Shown here: positions 8,406-17,529 of the stretch, piece by piece
Numbering within the stretch: position 1 is the first letter of the stretch
Layout: every line of letters begins with the position of its first letter
From: Clostridia bacterium
GTDB taxonomy: Bacteria > Bacillota > Clostridia > Oscillospirales > SIG627
Assembly: GCA_017414535.1 (NCBI GenBank)
Contig: JAFQMA010000044.1
Span: 53,125 to 117,124 of the forward strand
DNA: 64,000 nt
Direction of reading: 5' to 3'
Notes under the pieces: model-generated
Databases searched by the model: none
Told to the model about the DNA's origin: nothing
What the model saw: the letters and a program-made list of their open reading frames with translations, nothing else
Translations under genes and position numbers: made by a program

Positions 8406-9722
8406 TTATTTTACCAGCTCACCGCTGTAGATCTGAATCTGGTCACCCTTGCCCGTGCGGCCGAGAATGGTGATGGTATAGCCCTTGCCCTCGTAGGCGG
8501 AATAGAGATCTCTGCGGAAGCCCATGGCAGACAGGGTCATCTCTCTGTCGCGGAAATGATCTCCGCTGTAACTGCAGTGGATCTGGCGGGAAAGCTCCTT
8601 ACCCTCGGCGTCGGTGATCACGACGGTCACGTCGGACAGAGCGTAATTTGCGGTTACGGTAGCAAGGATCAGTTTGGAAATGGAGACCTTATCGGTAGTG
8701 ATACTGAAGGTCATTTCCGTGGGCTCTACAGGATCGGTACCGATGAGCTCTGCCAAGGTAAAGGGCAGATAGCCCCCCTCCATCAGGTGCTGGAAGGTGT
8801 ACTGGGAGCGCCAGCCGGGAGCCAGCTCAATGGCGGTGCCGTCGGACTGCTGAGCAGGAGCCCACTCGCCCGTGGTCTGATGCTGAACGACAACGTAGCT
8901 ATCGTCTGCAATGGTTCCGTTGGCATTATACTTCACCACGGCATCCTCATAGACCATCATCACGTGGCCGGAGCCCTTGTTGTTATATACAAGTCCGTCG
9001 GCGGCCAGAAGCTGAGCGTAGCCTTCGTAGACCACGTCCTTACCCATGGCACGGAGGATGTCTGCAGTGCGAAGATCATTGTAGTTGGCAAGATCGGGGT
9101 AATTTGCCTTCATGTAGGAAGAAAGGCGATTGCCGCGGAAAATGGCACCGCGGGACTCCGTAATATTGGAGGTGCCGCCCCAGGTCATGGTATTGGATAC
9201 TCTCGCCCAGCCCCAGAAGGAGTTGGCGGAGCACTGATTGCCCATGATGGTCTCCACGTTTTTGCCCATGGCCTTAATATCCATCATGCCGTTTTCGGTA
9301 TCGTAATACTTCATAAGCTGATAGAGGTTATTGAAGGTAGAGGATACGTAGGGCATACCGCCGTAAACGTCGCCGTACTTATGATCCTTTTTGCGGATAT
9401 GAACGGTCTCGTTGGGGGTCCAGGGGAAGGTGAGCTGCAGCTCCATAAAATCAAGGCAGATCTGGCGGAGTTCACGCTCAGTCATATTTTCATTGGCAAC
9501 GGGAATGGAATTCAGTTTTTCCCAAGTAAGGGGCTCTGCTACCTTGGTATCGACCTTTTCCTGCTCCCCGGTAACGGCAGGCTCTTCCGTAGCGGCAGGA
9601 GCCTCGGTCGTTTGAGTGGCGGTCTGCTCCCCTTCGGTAGCAGTGGAAAGGCTTTCACCGCCGCAGGAGGCGAGGGGCAAAAGCATGAGGGTTGCGAGAA
9701 GAAGTGCAATGAGTTTTTTCAT
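8406..9722 (-). CDS. array paralog B: lipoprotein with putative Cys-His hydrolase module
   Basis: Signal peptide plus lipobox MKKLIALLLATLMLLPLASC and an acidic T/E-rich linker. Motifs YGGMPYVSSTFNNLYQLM, GNQCSANSFWGWARVSNT, GSGHVMMV, VQHQTTG and GYLPFTLAEL. Confidence 0.85.
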   Translation of the reverse strand: MKKLIALLLATLMLLPLASCGGESLSTATEGEQTATQTTEAPAATEEPAVTGEQEKVDTKVAEPLTWEKLNSIPVANENMTERELRQICLDFMELQLTFPWTPNETVHIRKKDHKYGDVYGGMPYVSSTFNNLYQLMKYYDTENGMMDIKAMGKNVETIMGNQCSANSFWGWARVSNTMTWGGTSNITESRGAIFRGNRLSSYMKANYPDLANYNDLRTADILRAMGKDVVYEGYAQLLAADGLVYNNKGSGHVMMVYEDAVVKYNANGTIADDSYVVVQHQTTGEWAPAQQSDGTAIELAPGWRSQYTFQHLMEGGYLPFTLAELIGTDPVEPTEMTFSITTDKVSISKLILATVTANYALSDVTVVITDAEGKELSRQIHCSYSGDHFRDREMTLSAMGFRRDLYSAYEGKGYTITILGRTGKGDQIQIYSGELVK

Positions 9723-9764
9723 ATTTTTGATCCTTTTCTATCGTGATGTGATCGATGCATTTTC

Positions 9765-11243
9765 TCAGGTGGACAGCGTTCCGGTGTAAACGACCTTTTC
9801 AAAGCCCGTAGAAATGCGGGCAGAGATCTCGATGGTATTGCCGTTGGCCGCGTGATTATTCAGTGTAGCAAGATCAACGCCCAAATTGCGCTCGGCATTG
9901 GAGCCGCCGTTATTGATATAAAGAGGCGCTTTTCTCTTGATCTGACCGGTATAGCGGACGCCGTCGGAAATGGCAACGAATACTTCTTCCAAAACAGTGT
10001 TGCCGTGCTTGAAGCGAATGGTCACATCGGAGATCATATAATTGGACTTGACGTAGGCGTTCTTCAGCTGATCCACGGTAACGGTGGCATTCTGATGAGA
10101 GAAGAACAGCTCATAATTCTCAACGGGAGAATACTTGGGGTGGGTCTTGGGCAAGAATTCGGGAATGGTAAAGGGAACGGAGCCGTCGTTATAGGCCTGT
10201 TCGTAGGTCATCGAATCGTAGTCACCCGTGTGTGCGCCTGCGGCGGCATTGCGGTATGTCTGGTGCTGAATGTAGATCTTCTTGGCGGCGGTATCCACGT
10301 GGTGGACCATCATGACGTGACCTGCACCTGCGTTGTAGACCAGACCGTCACCCTTCTGAAGCTTATCGTAGCCTGCGAAGGCAGCTTCCTTCCCTGCCCC
10401 GTGAAGCACGGTCTTACTGGTCACGGATTCGGTATATTTATCAAGGTTGGGATAATTCTTGGCAAAATAATCGTACAGAGCGTCACCCAAAGGAATGGCA
10501 CCGTAATAGGGCGTTACGGTGGCGGTACTGGTCCAGCCCACGGTATTGGACACTCTGGCCCAGGACCAAAGGGTAGAGGCAGAGCACTGATTGCCGAACA
10601 CGGACTTCACGTCCCCATTGGAGGCGGCACTCATGGCATTGATGTCCATGACGCCGTCCTTATAGTAATGCATGACCTGATAGAGGTTATTGAAGGTGGA
10701 TTCGCTATAGGGCATACCGCCGTAGAGGGTATTGGTCTTATAGGTAACGTTCTTGCCCTCTTTTGCCTTAAAGGAAGCGTTGGCCTTCCAGCCGAAATTC
10801 AGCTGGAGTGCCATGAAATCCCAGCAGATATCACGCAGCTTCTCCACGGACATGGAGGCGGTGGCCTGAGGGAGGGCATTGATATTGCTCCAAGAGAAAT
10901 TCTGGATGATCTGGGGGGTATAGGTCTGCTGAGAGCCGTAGCCCGCTGAGGGGATGGAGGTGCTGGGCTTGGTAGTAGTCACGGGAGGCTTGGTGGTGGT
11001 CGTAGGCCTCTTTGTGGTGGTAGAGGGCTTTTTCGTCGTGGTGGAAGAAGAGGGGTCGGCATCGGGCTGTTCACCCGTAGCGGGCTCTCCGGTTCCGTTC
11101 TCCCCCGTTCCTTGTTCTTCGGTTCCCGTTTGAGCGGCAGTCTCCTGCGAGGCGGGATCGGTGGGAGCAGGTTCTGACTTGGCACAAGCGATGGCAACAA
11201 GGAGCATGGAAAGCACCAGCAAAATAGAAATCAGTCTTTTCAT
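9765..11243 (-). CDS. array paralog C: lipoprotein with putative Cys-His hydrolase module
   Basis: Lipobox VAIAC and a Thr/Lys/Pro linker. Motifs GNQCSASTLWSWARVSNT, GAGHVMMVHHVD, IQHQT and GSVPFTIPEF. AAAGGTG Shine-Dalgarno. Confidence 0.85.
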   Translation of the reverse strand: MKRLISILLVLSMLLVAIACAKSEPAPTDPASQETAAQTGTEEQGTGENGTGEPATGEQPDADPSSSTTTKKPSTTTKRPTTTTKPPVTTTKPSTSIPSAGYGSQQTYTPQIIQNFSWSNINALPQATASMSVEKLRDICWDFMALQLNFGWKANASFKAKEGKNVTYKTNTLYGGMPYSESTFNNLYQVMHYYKDGVMDINAMSAASNGDVKSVFGNQCSASTLWSWARVSNTVGWTSTATVTPYYGAIPLGDALYDYFAKNYPNLDKYTESVTSKTVLHGAGKEAAFAGYDKLQKGDGLVYNAGAGHVMMVHHVDTAAKKIYIQHQTYRNAAAGAHTGDYDSMTYEQAYNDGSVPFTIPEFLPKTHPKYSPVENYELFFSHQNATVTVDQLKNAYVKSNYMISDVTIRFKHGNTVLEEVFVAISDGVRYTGQIKRKAPLYINNGGSNAERNLGVDLATLNNHAANGNTIEISARISTGFEKVVYTGTLST

Positions 11244-11285
11244 AATACACCTTTACTTTTTTCAATAGTGATTTGAACTAAGTAC

Positions 11286-11294
11286 ATTATAGCA
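11286..11294 (-). promoter_or_regulatory. extended -10 element (TGCTATAAT) for paralog C
   Basis: The minus strand reads TATGCTATAATGTACT, about 45 nt upstream of ATG 11243. Confidence 0.5.
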
Positions 11295-11363
11295 TAATTT
11301 CTAAGGTTAAAATACAAAAAAAGTGTGAATTTTGGACAAAAAATTGCACAATCTTGCGACGCT

Positions 11364-12806
11364 TTATTTTACTAATTTGCCCGAATATACGTCAAAGACC
11401 TCACCCGTGGAAATGCGAACACGAATGCGAACCGTATGCTGGCCGTCGGCGTAGGGAGCGAACTGCGCCTCAGTAGCACCCAAATGCTCCCCCTTACCTC
11501 CCTTGAGCCTCAAAGGCGTGCGGGACTGAGCCTGCCCTGCGAAGAGGTAATAATTGACGGAGGAGGTATAGAAATACTCCGCTTTTTCTTTTCCGTCGGC
11601 ATCGGAAACGGTGACAGTTACGTCGGAGATCATATAAGAGGAGGAAACGGTGGCGGACAGAAGCTCGCCGACGGTGGCGGTGGCAACGCTGTGGGAGAAG
11701 GAGACGCTTCCCTGCTCCACGGGAGACTTACCCACAAACTCGGGGATGGTAAAGGGAATATAACCGTCGCTGAAGAGCTTGGCAAAGGAAACGCCCTTAT
11801 AGGCGCCGGGATGGGTGGTACCCGACTTTTCACGACCGTAGGTCTGCTCCTGCAGGTAGACCGTTTGGGTATCCAGATCCACGTGGTGTACCATTCTCAC
11901 GTGGCCGCCCGCCGCCTTATACTGGACGAGCCCGTCCGCCTTTTGCAGGAGAGCGTAGGCCTCAAAGACGGTCTTTTGGCCTGCGGACTTTAAAATATCG
12001 GCGGTATAGATCTTATCGGCACTGTAATTTTTCAAATTGGGATAATAGGCCTTCAGGTGGGCGCTGAGCGCATCCCCAAGGATCACGGCACCGCGATGGG
12101 GCAAGACCTCGTCGGAGCCGTCCCAAGCGACCTGATCGGACACCCTCGACCACGCCCAAAGCGTAGAGGAGGAGCACTGGTTGGAGAACTGGGCGGAAAC
12201 GTCGTTCAGCTGGTCAAAATTATCGCGAATGGCTGTAGCGATGCCGTTGGCCTTCAGTCTTTCAATATCCATCTCACCCGTTTGATCGTTGTAATAGTAC
12301 ATCATCTGGTAGAGATTCGTAAAGGATTTGTGGCAATAGGGCATGCCGCCGTAGAGAGTACCAGCACGATAGGCCACGTCCTCCCTCTCGCGGGAGGTAA
12401 AATCCGCATTGGGCGTCCAGCCGATATTGAGCTGAAAGGCCATGAATTCCCAGCAGATATCCCGCAGCTGCTGCACGGACATAGAGGCGTTGGCAATGGG
12501 AAGGGCGTTTACCTGAGTCCAAGTCAGCGGATTTCGAATGGTAGGGGTATAGTCTGAGGAGGGGGTCTCCTCCGTCAGAGGCGGATCCTCTTCCTCGGTA
12601 TTCTTTTCGGCAGTCTCCCACTCCTCCGTTTCGGAATCGGGCATCTCCTCCTCGGTAAAGGTGTCCTCCTGCTCCGTTGCGGGCGAGGTCTGCGTTTCCT
12701 CAGCAGTGCTTTCGGGAGGAAGAGTGACCAGCTCCTCGGCGGTGCCGCAGGCGGCCGTGGTAAGAAGAAGGGACAACAGAAGGATCAGAGATAGGATCTT
12801 TTTCAT
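11364..12806 (-). CDS. array paralog D: lipoprotein with putative Cys-His hydrolase module
   Basis: Lipobox TTAAC and a strongly acidic linker. Motifs SNQCSSSTLWAWSRVSD, AAGGHVRMVHHVD, LQEQT and GYIPFTIPEF. Confidence 0.85.
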   Translation of the reverse strand: MKKILSLILLLSLLLTTAACGTAEELVTLPPESTAEETQTSPATEQEDTFTEEEMPDSETEEWETAEKNTEEEDPPLTEETPSSDYTPTIRNPLTWTQVNALPIANASMSVQQLRDICWEFMAFQLNIGWTPNADFTSREREDVAYRAGTLYGGMPYCHKSFTNLYQMMYYYNDQTGEMDIERLKANGIATAIRDNFDQLNDVSAQFSNQCSSSTLWAWSRVSDQVAWDGSDEVLPHRGAVILGDALSAHLKAYYPNLKNYSADKIYTADILKSAGQKTVFEAYALLQKADGLVQYKAAGGHVRMVHHVDLDTQTVYLQEQTYGREKSGTTHPGAYKGVSFAKLFSDGYIPFTIPEFVGKSPVEQGSVSFSHSVATATVGELLSATVSSSYMISDVTVTVSDADGKEKAEYFYTSSVNYYLFAGQAQSRTPLRLKGGKGEHLGATEAQFAPYADGQHTVRIRVRISTGEVFDVYSGKLVK

Positions 12807-12843
12807 AAGAGGTTCTCCTTTTCGGCAAAATCGTACGAAAGGG

Positions 12844-12866
12844 AAAAGCAGCCCGCGGGGGCTGCT
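12844..12866 (-). terminator. terminator-like hairpin downstream of paralog E
   Basis: AGCAGCCC-gcgg-GGGCTGCT. Only 4 T follow on the minus strand, so it may be leaky. Confidence 0.5.
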
Positions 12867-12872
12867 TTTTTA

Positions 12873-14429
12873 TCAGGCTAAGGTTCCGTTATAAACAGTG
12901 AATACCTCACCCGTGGAGATACGCACGTCCACGCGCACCTGATAGCCTTTTCCGACGTAGGCTTCATATTGACTGCTCGTAGCGCCGAGATTCTTATTTC
13001 TGTCGGAATGCTTCAGAGAAACGGCGATCTTGTCTGCCGACTGAGCAGCATAAAGGGACAGATTTACGGTAGTGGTATAAAAATGCTTTCCAACCACCTC
13101 ATTGCCGTTCATCACCTTCACGGTGACATCGGAGATCATATAGTTGGAATCGATCTTGGCGGCAAGAAGCTGGGTTACGTTCACGGTAGCACCGCTGTGG
13201 GAGAAGGTGGCGAAGCCGTTTTCAACGGGGCTTTGCCCGACAAATTCGGGGATGGTAAAGGGGATGGCTCCTCTTTCCAAAAACCAAGCAAAGGTGAAGT
13301 AACGGTAGGAGCCACCATGAAGCCCCACCTTGCCCACGCCGCGGGTGGTCTGATCCTGAATGTAGATGCGCTGATTTGCAACATCAACCTTGTGCACCAT
13401 CATCACGTGGCCACCGGAGCCGCCGACCTTTCCCGCATTGTATACGAGGCCGTCTGCCTTCTGGAGCATGGCATAAGCAGCGTAGACCGTTTCCTTGGGA
13501 AGGGAGGCAAGAAAGCTCGCGGTAGAATCGGTAAACTGGGTAACGCTGCCGTATTTGCTCTTAAACGCTTCGTGCAGATCACCGAGAAATATGGCCCCGT
13601 TCACGGGCAAAACGTTGGAGGTGCCGTTCCATGAAATGGCATTACTGACCCTCGACCAAGCCCACAGAGAGGAGGCGGAGCACTGGTTACCCAGCTGAAG
13701 AGCAACCAGATCCTTCTGTCCCGAATCCTTCAGCGTCGCGGCGACGGTATTGTTCTGCAGAGCGGTCAGATCCATATATCCCGTAGCAGAATCGTAATAG
13801 TACATAAACTGATAGAGATTATTAAAGGTAGAGGAGCTGTAGGGCATGCCGCCGTACAGCGTATTGACCTTATGTACCTGCTTATTACTTCCCTCCATGG
13901 CCGTAAAGCCGGCGCTCACCTTCCAGCCCACGTTCATCTGCAGTGTCATAAAATCCCAACAAATGTCGCGCAGCTCTCCCGCTGACATTCCTTCTTTTAC
14001 CACAGGCACAGAGTTTACCTGCGACAGGGTCAGATTATTTTTGATGGCAGGGGTATAGCTCTCTCCCCGTCCGTAGGCGCCGGAGGTGGTGGGCGCAGCG
14101 GTCGTGGTAACGCGTGTAGTGGTGACGGGAGGCTTCGTGGTAGAGGTAGATGCGGTAACATCGACAGGGTCATCCTCAATGGGCGTCTCCTGCGTATCGA
14201 CGGGGGCATCCTCAATGGGCGTCTCCTGCGTATCGACGGGGTCGAGTTCCTTCGTCTCTTTCTGCTCCTCCTGCGTTTCGGAGACAGATTCGGCAGGATC
14301 GGTCTCAACGGCGGATGTAGCATGAGACCCGCTCTCTTTCGCTTCACTTTCCTCCGCCACGGTGCAGGAAATGAGTGCAATGAGAACGGAAACGGTGAGC
14401 AAAAGAGCAAGAATGCGCTTGAAATTCAT
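12873..14429 (-). CDS. array paralog E: lipoprotein with putative Cys-His hydrolase module
   Basis: Lipobox ALISC; the linker carries a duplicated PVDTQETPIED unit. Motifs GNQCSASSLWAWSRVSN, GGSGGHVMMVHKVD, IQDQT and GAIPFTIPEF. Confidence 0.85.
   Translation of the reverse strand: MNFKRILALLLTVSVLIALISCTVAEESEAKESGSHATSAVETDPAESVSETQEEQKETKELDPVDTQETPIEDAPVDTQETPIEDDPVDVTASTSTTKPPVTTTRVTTTAAPTTSGAYGRGESYTPAIKNNLTLSQVNSVPVVKEGMSAGELRDICWDFMTLQMNVGWKVSAGFTAMEGSNKQVHKVNTLYGGMPYSSSTFNNLYQFMYYYDSATGYMDLTALQNNTVAATLKDSGQKDLVALQLGNQCSASSLWAWSRVSNAISWNGTSNVLPVNGAIFLGDLHEAFKSKYGSVTQFTDSTASFLASLPKETVYAAYAMLQKADGLVYNAGKVGGSGGHVMMVHKVDVANQRIYIQDQTTRGVGKVGLHGGSYRYFTFAWFLERGAIPFTIPEFVGQSPVENGFATFSHSGATVNVTQLLAAKIDSNYMISDVTVKVMNGNEVVGKHFYTTTVNLSLYAAQSADKIAVSLKHSDRNKNLGATSSQYEAYVGKGYQVRVDVRISTGEVFTVYNGTLA
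14171..14242 (-). repeat. in-frame 36-nt tandem duplication inside the linker of paralog E
   Basis: 14171..14206 and 14207..14242 differ only at the last base. They encode PVDTQETPIEDA / PVDTQETPIEDD. Confidence 0.9.
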
Positions 14430-14490
14430 CGCTTAATACCTCATAATTTTCTTTCCTCCATTATACCGAAAAGGAGCGATATAAGTCAAG

Positions 14491-14512
14491 AAAAAAAGCG
14501 GCTTTCGCCGCT
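14491..14512 (-). terminator. rho-independent terminator after paralog F
   Basis: AGCGGC-tttc-GCCGCT followed on the minus strand by a T-run (A-run 14491..14497 on plus). Confidence 0.75.
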
Positions 14513-14528
14513 TTTTCTTTCATGCATT

Positions 14529-15947
14529 TTATACCAGTGTTCCCTGATAGACGGTGAAGACCTCACCCGTTGAAATACGCACGTCCATTCGGACGGTATA
14601 GCCCTGTCCCGCAAGAGCGCTGTATTGGGTCTCGGTGGCACCGAGATTGCGGGATGCGGTGCCGGACCTCAGGCATACGGTCTCCTTATTTTCCGTTTGC
14701 GCGCCGAACAGGGCGCCATTGACGGTGGTGGTATAGAAATACTCCTTGACGATCTCTTCCCCGTTCAACACCTTTACGGTAACGTCGGAGATCATGTAGT
14801 TCGAGCTGATACCGTGGGCGAGAAGCTGATCCACGGTGACCTCGGAGCCCTCGTAGCCAAAGGAGCACATGCCCGTTTCTACGGGATCCTTGCCCACAAA
14901 TTCCGGGATGGTAAAAGGAATATAGCCGTTTTTATAGAGATACGAAAAGTCAAAGGAGCGATAGGCCGCGACGAACGCGCCACCCTCGTCACTGCGGCGC
15001 ACGGTCTGATCCTGCACGTAAACAAGCTGTTTATCCACGTCCACGTGATGCACCATCATCACGTGGCCGCCCTTATTATAATAGGCAAGGCCGTCCGCCT
15101 TCTGCAGGAGCTTGTAGCCCTCGTAGACGGCAGGTTCTCCCGCACCTGTCAGAATGTCCTTGGTGGCAATGCCGGACTTGTGATAGTCCTGCACGTTGGA
15201 ATAATTCTGCTTATGGTAAGCGGCCAGGGCATCGCCCAGAATGATGGCTCCGTTGCGAGGCATGATATTAGAGGTTCCGCCCCAGCTGATGGCGTTGGAT
15301 ACTCTGGCCCAGCCCCACAAAGAGGAGGCAGAGCACTGATTCCCTACCTGCACGGCAACCAGATCCGTCTGTCCCTTGTCCTTGAGCGAGGAGGCAACGG
15401 AATTCTTGCGCAGGGCAGACACATCCAAGGTGCTCGTTTCGGAATCGTAGTAATACAGGAACTGATAGATATTATTGAAGGTGGAGGAGCTGTAGGGCAT
15501 ACCGCCGTAGACGGTGCCGGTCTTGTAGGTGAGCCATTTGCCGCCCTCGTTGGAGGCGTAGCTGTAGTTTACCTTCCACGCCACGTTCATCTGGAAGGCC
15601 ATAAAATCCCAGCAGAGATCACGCAGCTGCTCGGCGGACATGGTGTAATTGGCGATGGGAAGGGCGTTCACCTGCTCGATGGTCAGGTTGTTTTTCAGAA
15701 CGGGAGTATAGTAATCCCATTTACCGTAATCCACCGACGGCTTCAGCGTCACCGGGGGAACGGTGGTCACGGTGGGAGCCTTTGCGGTGGTGGCGGGGGC
15801 CTCCTCCGTGGTAAGCTCTTCCGTTTCCGTCCACTCCTGGGTGGCGGTAGCGGGAGCCGTAGTCTCAGGCTCCTCCTTGGCACAGGCGATCATGGTAATG
15901 AGAAGCGCCATAGACAGAAGGAGGGCAAGGATGCGTTTTGCGTTCAT
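14529..15947 (-). CDS. array paralog F: lipoprotein with putative Cys-His hydrolase module
   Basis: Lipobox TMIAC. Motifs GNQCSASSLWGWARVSN, NKGGHVMMVHHVD, VQDQT and GYIPFTIPEF. Confidence 0.85.
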   Translation of the reverse strand: MNAKRILALLLSMALLITMIACAKEEPETTAPATATQEWTETEELTTEEAPATTAKAPTVTTVPPVTLKPSVDYGKWDYYTPVLKNNLTIEQVNALPIANYTMSAEQLRDLCWDFMAFQMNVAWKVNYSYASNEGGKWLTYKTGTVYGGMPYSSSTFNNIYQFLYYYDSETSTLDVSALRKNSVASSLKDKGQTDLVAVQVGNQCSASSLWGWARVSNAISWGGTSNIMPRNGAIILGDALAAYHKQNYSNVQDYHKSGIATKDILTGAGEPAVYEGYKLLQKADGLAYYNKGGHVMMVHHVDVDKQLVYVQDQTVRRSDEGGAFVAAYRSFDFSYLYKNGYIPFTIPEFVGKDPVETGMCSFGYEGSEVTVDQLLAHGISSNYMISDVTVKVLNGEEIVKEYFYTTTVNGALFGAQTENKETVCLRSGTASRNLGATETQYSALAGQGYTVRMDVRISTGEVFTVYQGTLV

Positions 15948-16014
15948 GTTTTCTTACCTCGCGATTCATCTTACTTATTATGCATTATACAAGCGAAAGC
16001 TCCTGAAAGTCAAG

Positions 16015-16035
16015 AAAAAAGCGGCTTTCGCCGCT
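16015..16035 (-). terminator. rho-independent terminator after paralog G (same module as 14491..14512)
   Basis: Identical hairpin AGCGGC-tttc-GCCGCT, embedded in the duplicated ~35-nt segment AAGTCAAGAAAAAAGCGGCTTTCGCCGCTTTTT. Confidence 0.75.
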
Positions 16036-16046
16036 TTTTTCTTATT

Positions 16047-17411
16047 CTATGCCAAGGTACCGCTGTAGGCCTCCAGCACCTCACCCGTGGAAACACGGGC
16101 AAGAAGCTTTACGGTATAGCCCTTTCCCTTGAAGGGAGTAAACTTGGTCATGGAAACACCTGCACTGACAGAGGCGTCGGAGCTGACCATATAAAGCTCC
16201 TTCATAGTGCACTGACCGCCGAACTGCTCTACGGAATTGAGGGAATACTGCTCTTCCATAAGAAGAGTATCGCCGTCAAAGATCTGTACGTAAACGTCGG
16301 AGATCGCATAATTTGCCTTCATTTTGGAGGCAAGGATCTGCATAGTGGAAATTTTCTCTCCCGTAAAGCTGAAGGTAACGGTAGCATCCTCCACGGGGTC
16401 CTGACCGACAAATTCGGGGATGGTAAAGGGAATGTAGCCGTTTTCGTAGGCATAATCGAAGGTCCATTCGGCGCTTCTGCCCGGTGCGGGGAGATATTCC
16501 ACTCCTGCCGCACCCGTTTCGGGAGTACGGCCGCCGGGGGCCTGATGCTGAATATAGATCTTCTGTGCGGCCACGTCCACGTGGTGCACCATAACGATGT
16601 GGTTGTGGTTACTGGTGACAAGGCCGTCTGCCAGCTTCAGCTGAGAATAGGCCTCGTTCATGGCGCTCTTCCCTGCCTTTTCCACGATATTGAGGGTAGC
16701 GGTCTCACCCTCGTAAACGGAGGGATTATTGAAGGGAGCGGCCTGCATAACGGCGTTGAGCCGAGAGCCGAGCACGATGATGCCGCGGGAGGGTACCACG
16801 TAATTGATACCGCCGAAGCGGGTGGTGTTGGTGACGCGGCGCCATGCCCAAAGCGTGGAGGAAATGCACATGCTGCCGATCTTTTCACCGGGGTTTTCGC
16901 CCATAGCCGCGGTATTGATGGCACCGGTCTCGCTGTTATAGTACTGCATGACCATATAAGGGTTATTGTAGCTACCTGCGGTATAAGGCATACCGCCGTA
17001 GGCCAAGCCTGCATCGTAAGGGCGGGTATTGCCCGTACGGGAGGTGGGGAGCTTAAAGGAGGAATTGGGTACCCAGCGGAAGGCCAGGGTCAATTCCATG
17101 AAATCCCAAACGATCTGACGAAGCTGATTTTCACTCATTCCTTGTTTTGCTACGGGAATGGCATTGATATGTCCCCAGGTGAGAAGGTCGCCGGGGTTCA
17201 GGGGTGTGGTTGCAACCTCGGTGGAAATAGCACTCTGCACGGGGCCTGACTGCACGGGCTCCGTTTCGGGCGTAGGATCGGAGGTGGTGGCAGGAGCGGT
17301 AGCGGTCTGCTCCGCGGTGTTCGTTTCCTCCCCTCCCAGCTCCTCGGAGGAGCAAGCAGCCAAGGGAAGGAGCATAACAAGCGTCAAGAATAAAGCAATA
17401 AAGCGTTTCAT
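16047..17411 (-). CDS. array paralog G: lipoprotein with divergent putative Cys-His hydrolase module
   Basis: Lipobox PLAAC. Motifs YGGMPYTAGSYNNPYMVM, GSMCISSTLWAWRRVTN, NHNHIVMVHHVD, IQHQA and GYIPFTIPEF. Confidence 0.85.
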   Translation of the reverse strand: MKRFIALFLTLVMLLPLAACSSEELGGEETNTAEQTATAPATTSDPTPETEPVQSGPVQSAISTEVATTPLNPGDLLTWGHINAIPVAKQGMSENQLRQIVWDFMELTLAFRWVPNSSFKLPTSRTGNTRPYDAGLAYGGMPYTAGSYNNPYMVMQYYNSETGAINTAAMGENPGEKIGSMCISSTLWAWRRVTNTTRFGGINYVVPSRGIIVLGSRLNAVMQAAPFNNPSVYEGETATLNIVEKAGKSAMNEAYSQLKLADGLVTSNHNHIVMVHHVDVAAQKIYIQHQAPGGRTPETGAAGVEYLPAPGRSAEWTFDYAYENGYIPFTIPEFVGQDPVEDATVTFSFTGEKISTMQILASKMKANYAISDVYVQIFDGDTLLMEEQYSLNSVEQFGGQCTMKELYMVSSDASVSAGVSMTKFTPFKGKGYTVKLLARVSTGEVLEAYSGTLA

Positions 17412-17449
17412 GAGAGATCCTTTCCGTTTTTATTTTATACATTATAGCA

Positions 17450-17458
17450 TATAGCAAT
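17450..17458 (-). promoter_or_regulatory. extended -10 element (TGCTATAAT) for paralog G
   Basis: The minus strand reads ATATGCTATAATGTAT, about 40 nt upstream of ATG 17411. Confidence 0.5.
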
Positions 17459-17492
17459 TATAAAAAAATAGAATAAATGTAAACTTTTCTAT

Positions 17493-17522
17493 AAAAAAAG
17501 CACCCGAAAAATTTCGGGTGCT
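17493..17522 (-). terminator. rho-independent terminator ending the giant-gene/small-ORF transcript
   Basis: 11-bp stem AGCACCCGAAA-aa-TTTCGGGTGCT, followed on the minus strand by TTTTTTT. Confidence 0.85.
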
Positions 17523-17529
17523 TCGATCT

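Noticed and set aside
14171-14242. The 36-nt direct repeat as a CRISPR or other non-coding repeat array.
   Set aside because: There are only two contiguous copies with no spacers, in frame inside a coding linker. No cas genes are in the window.
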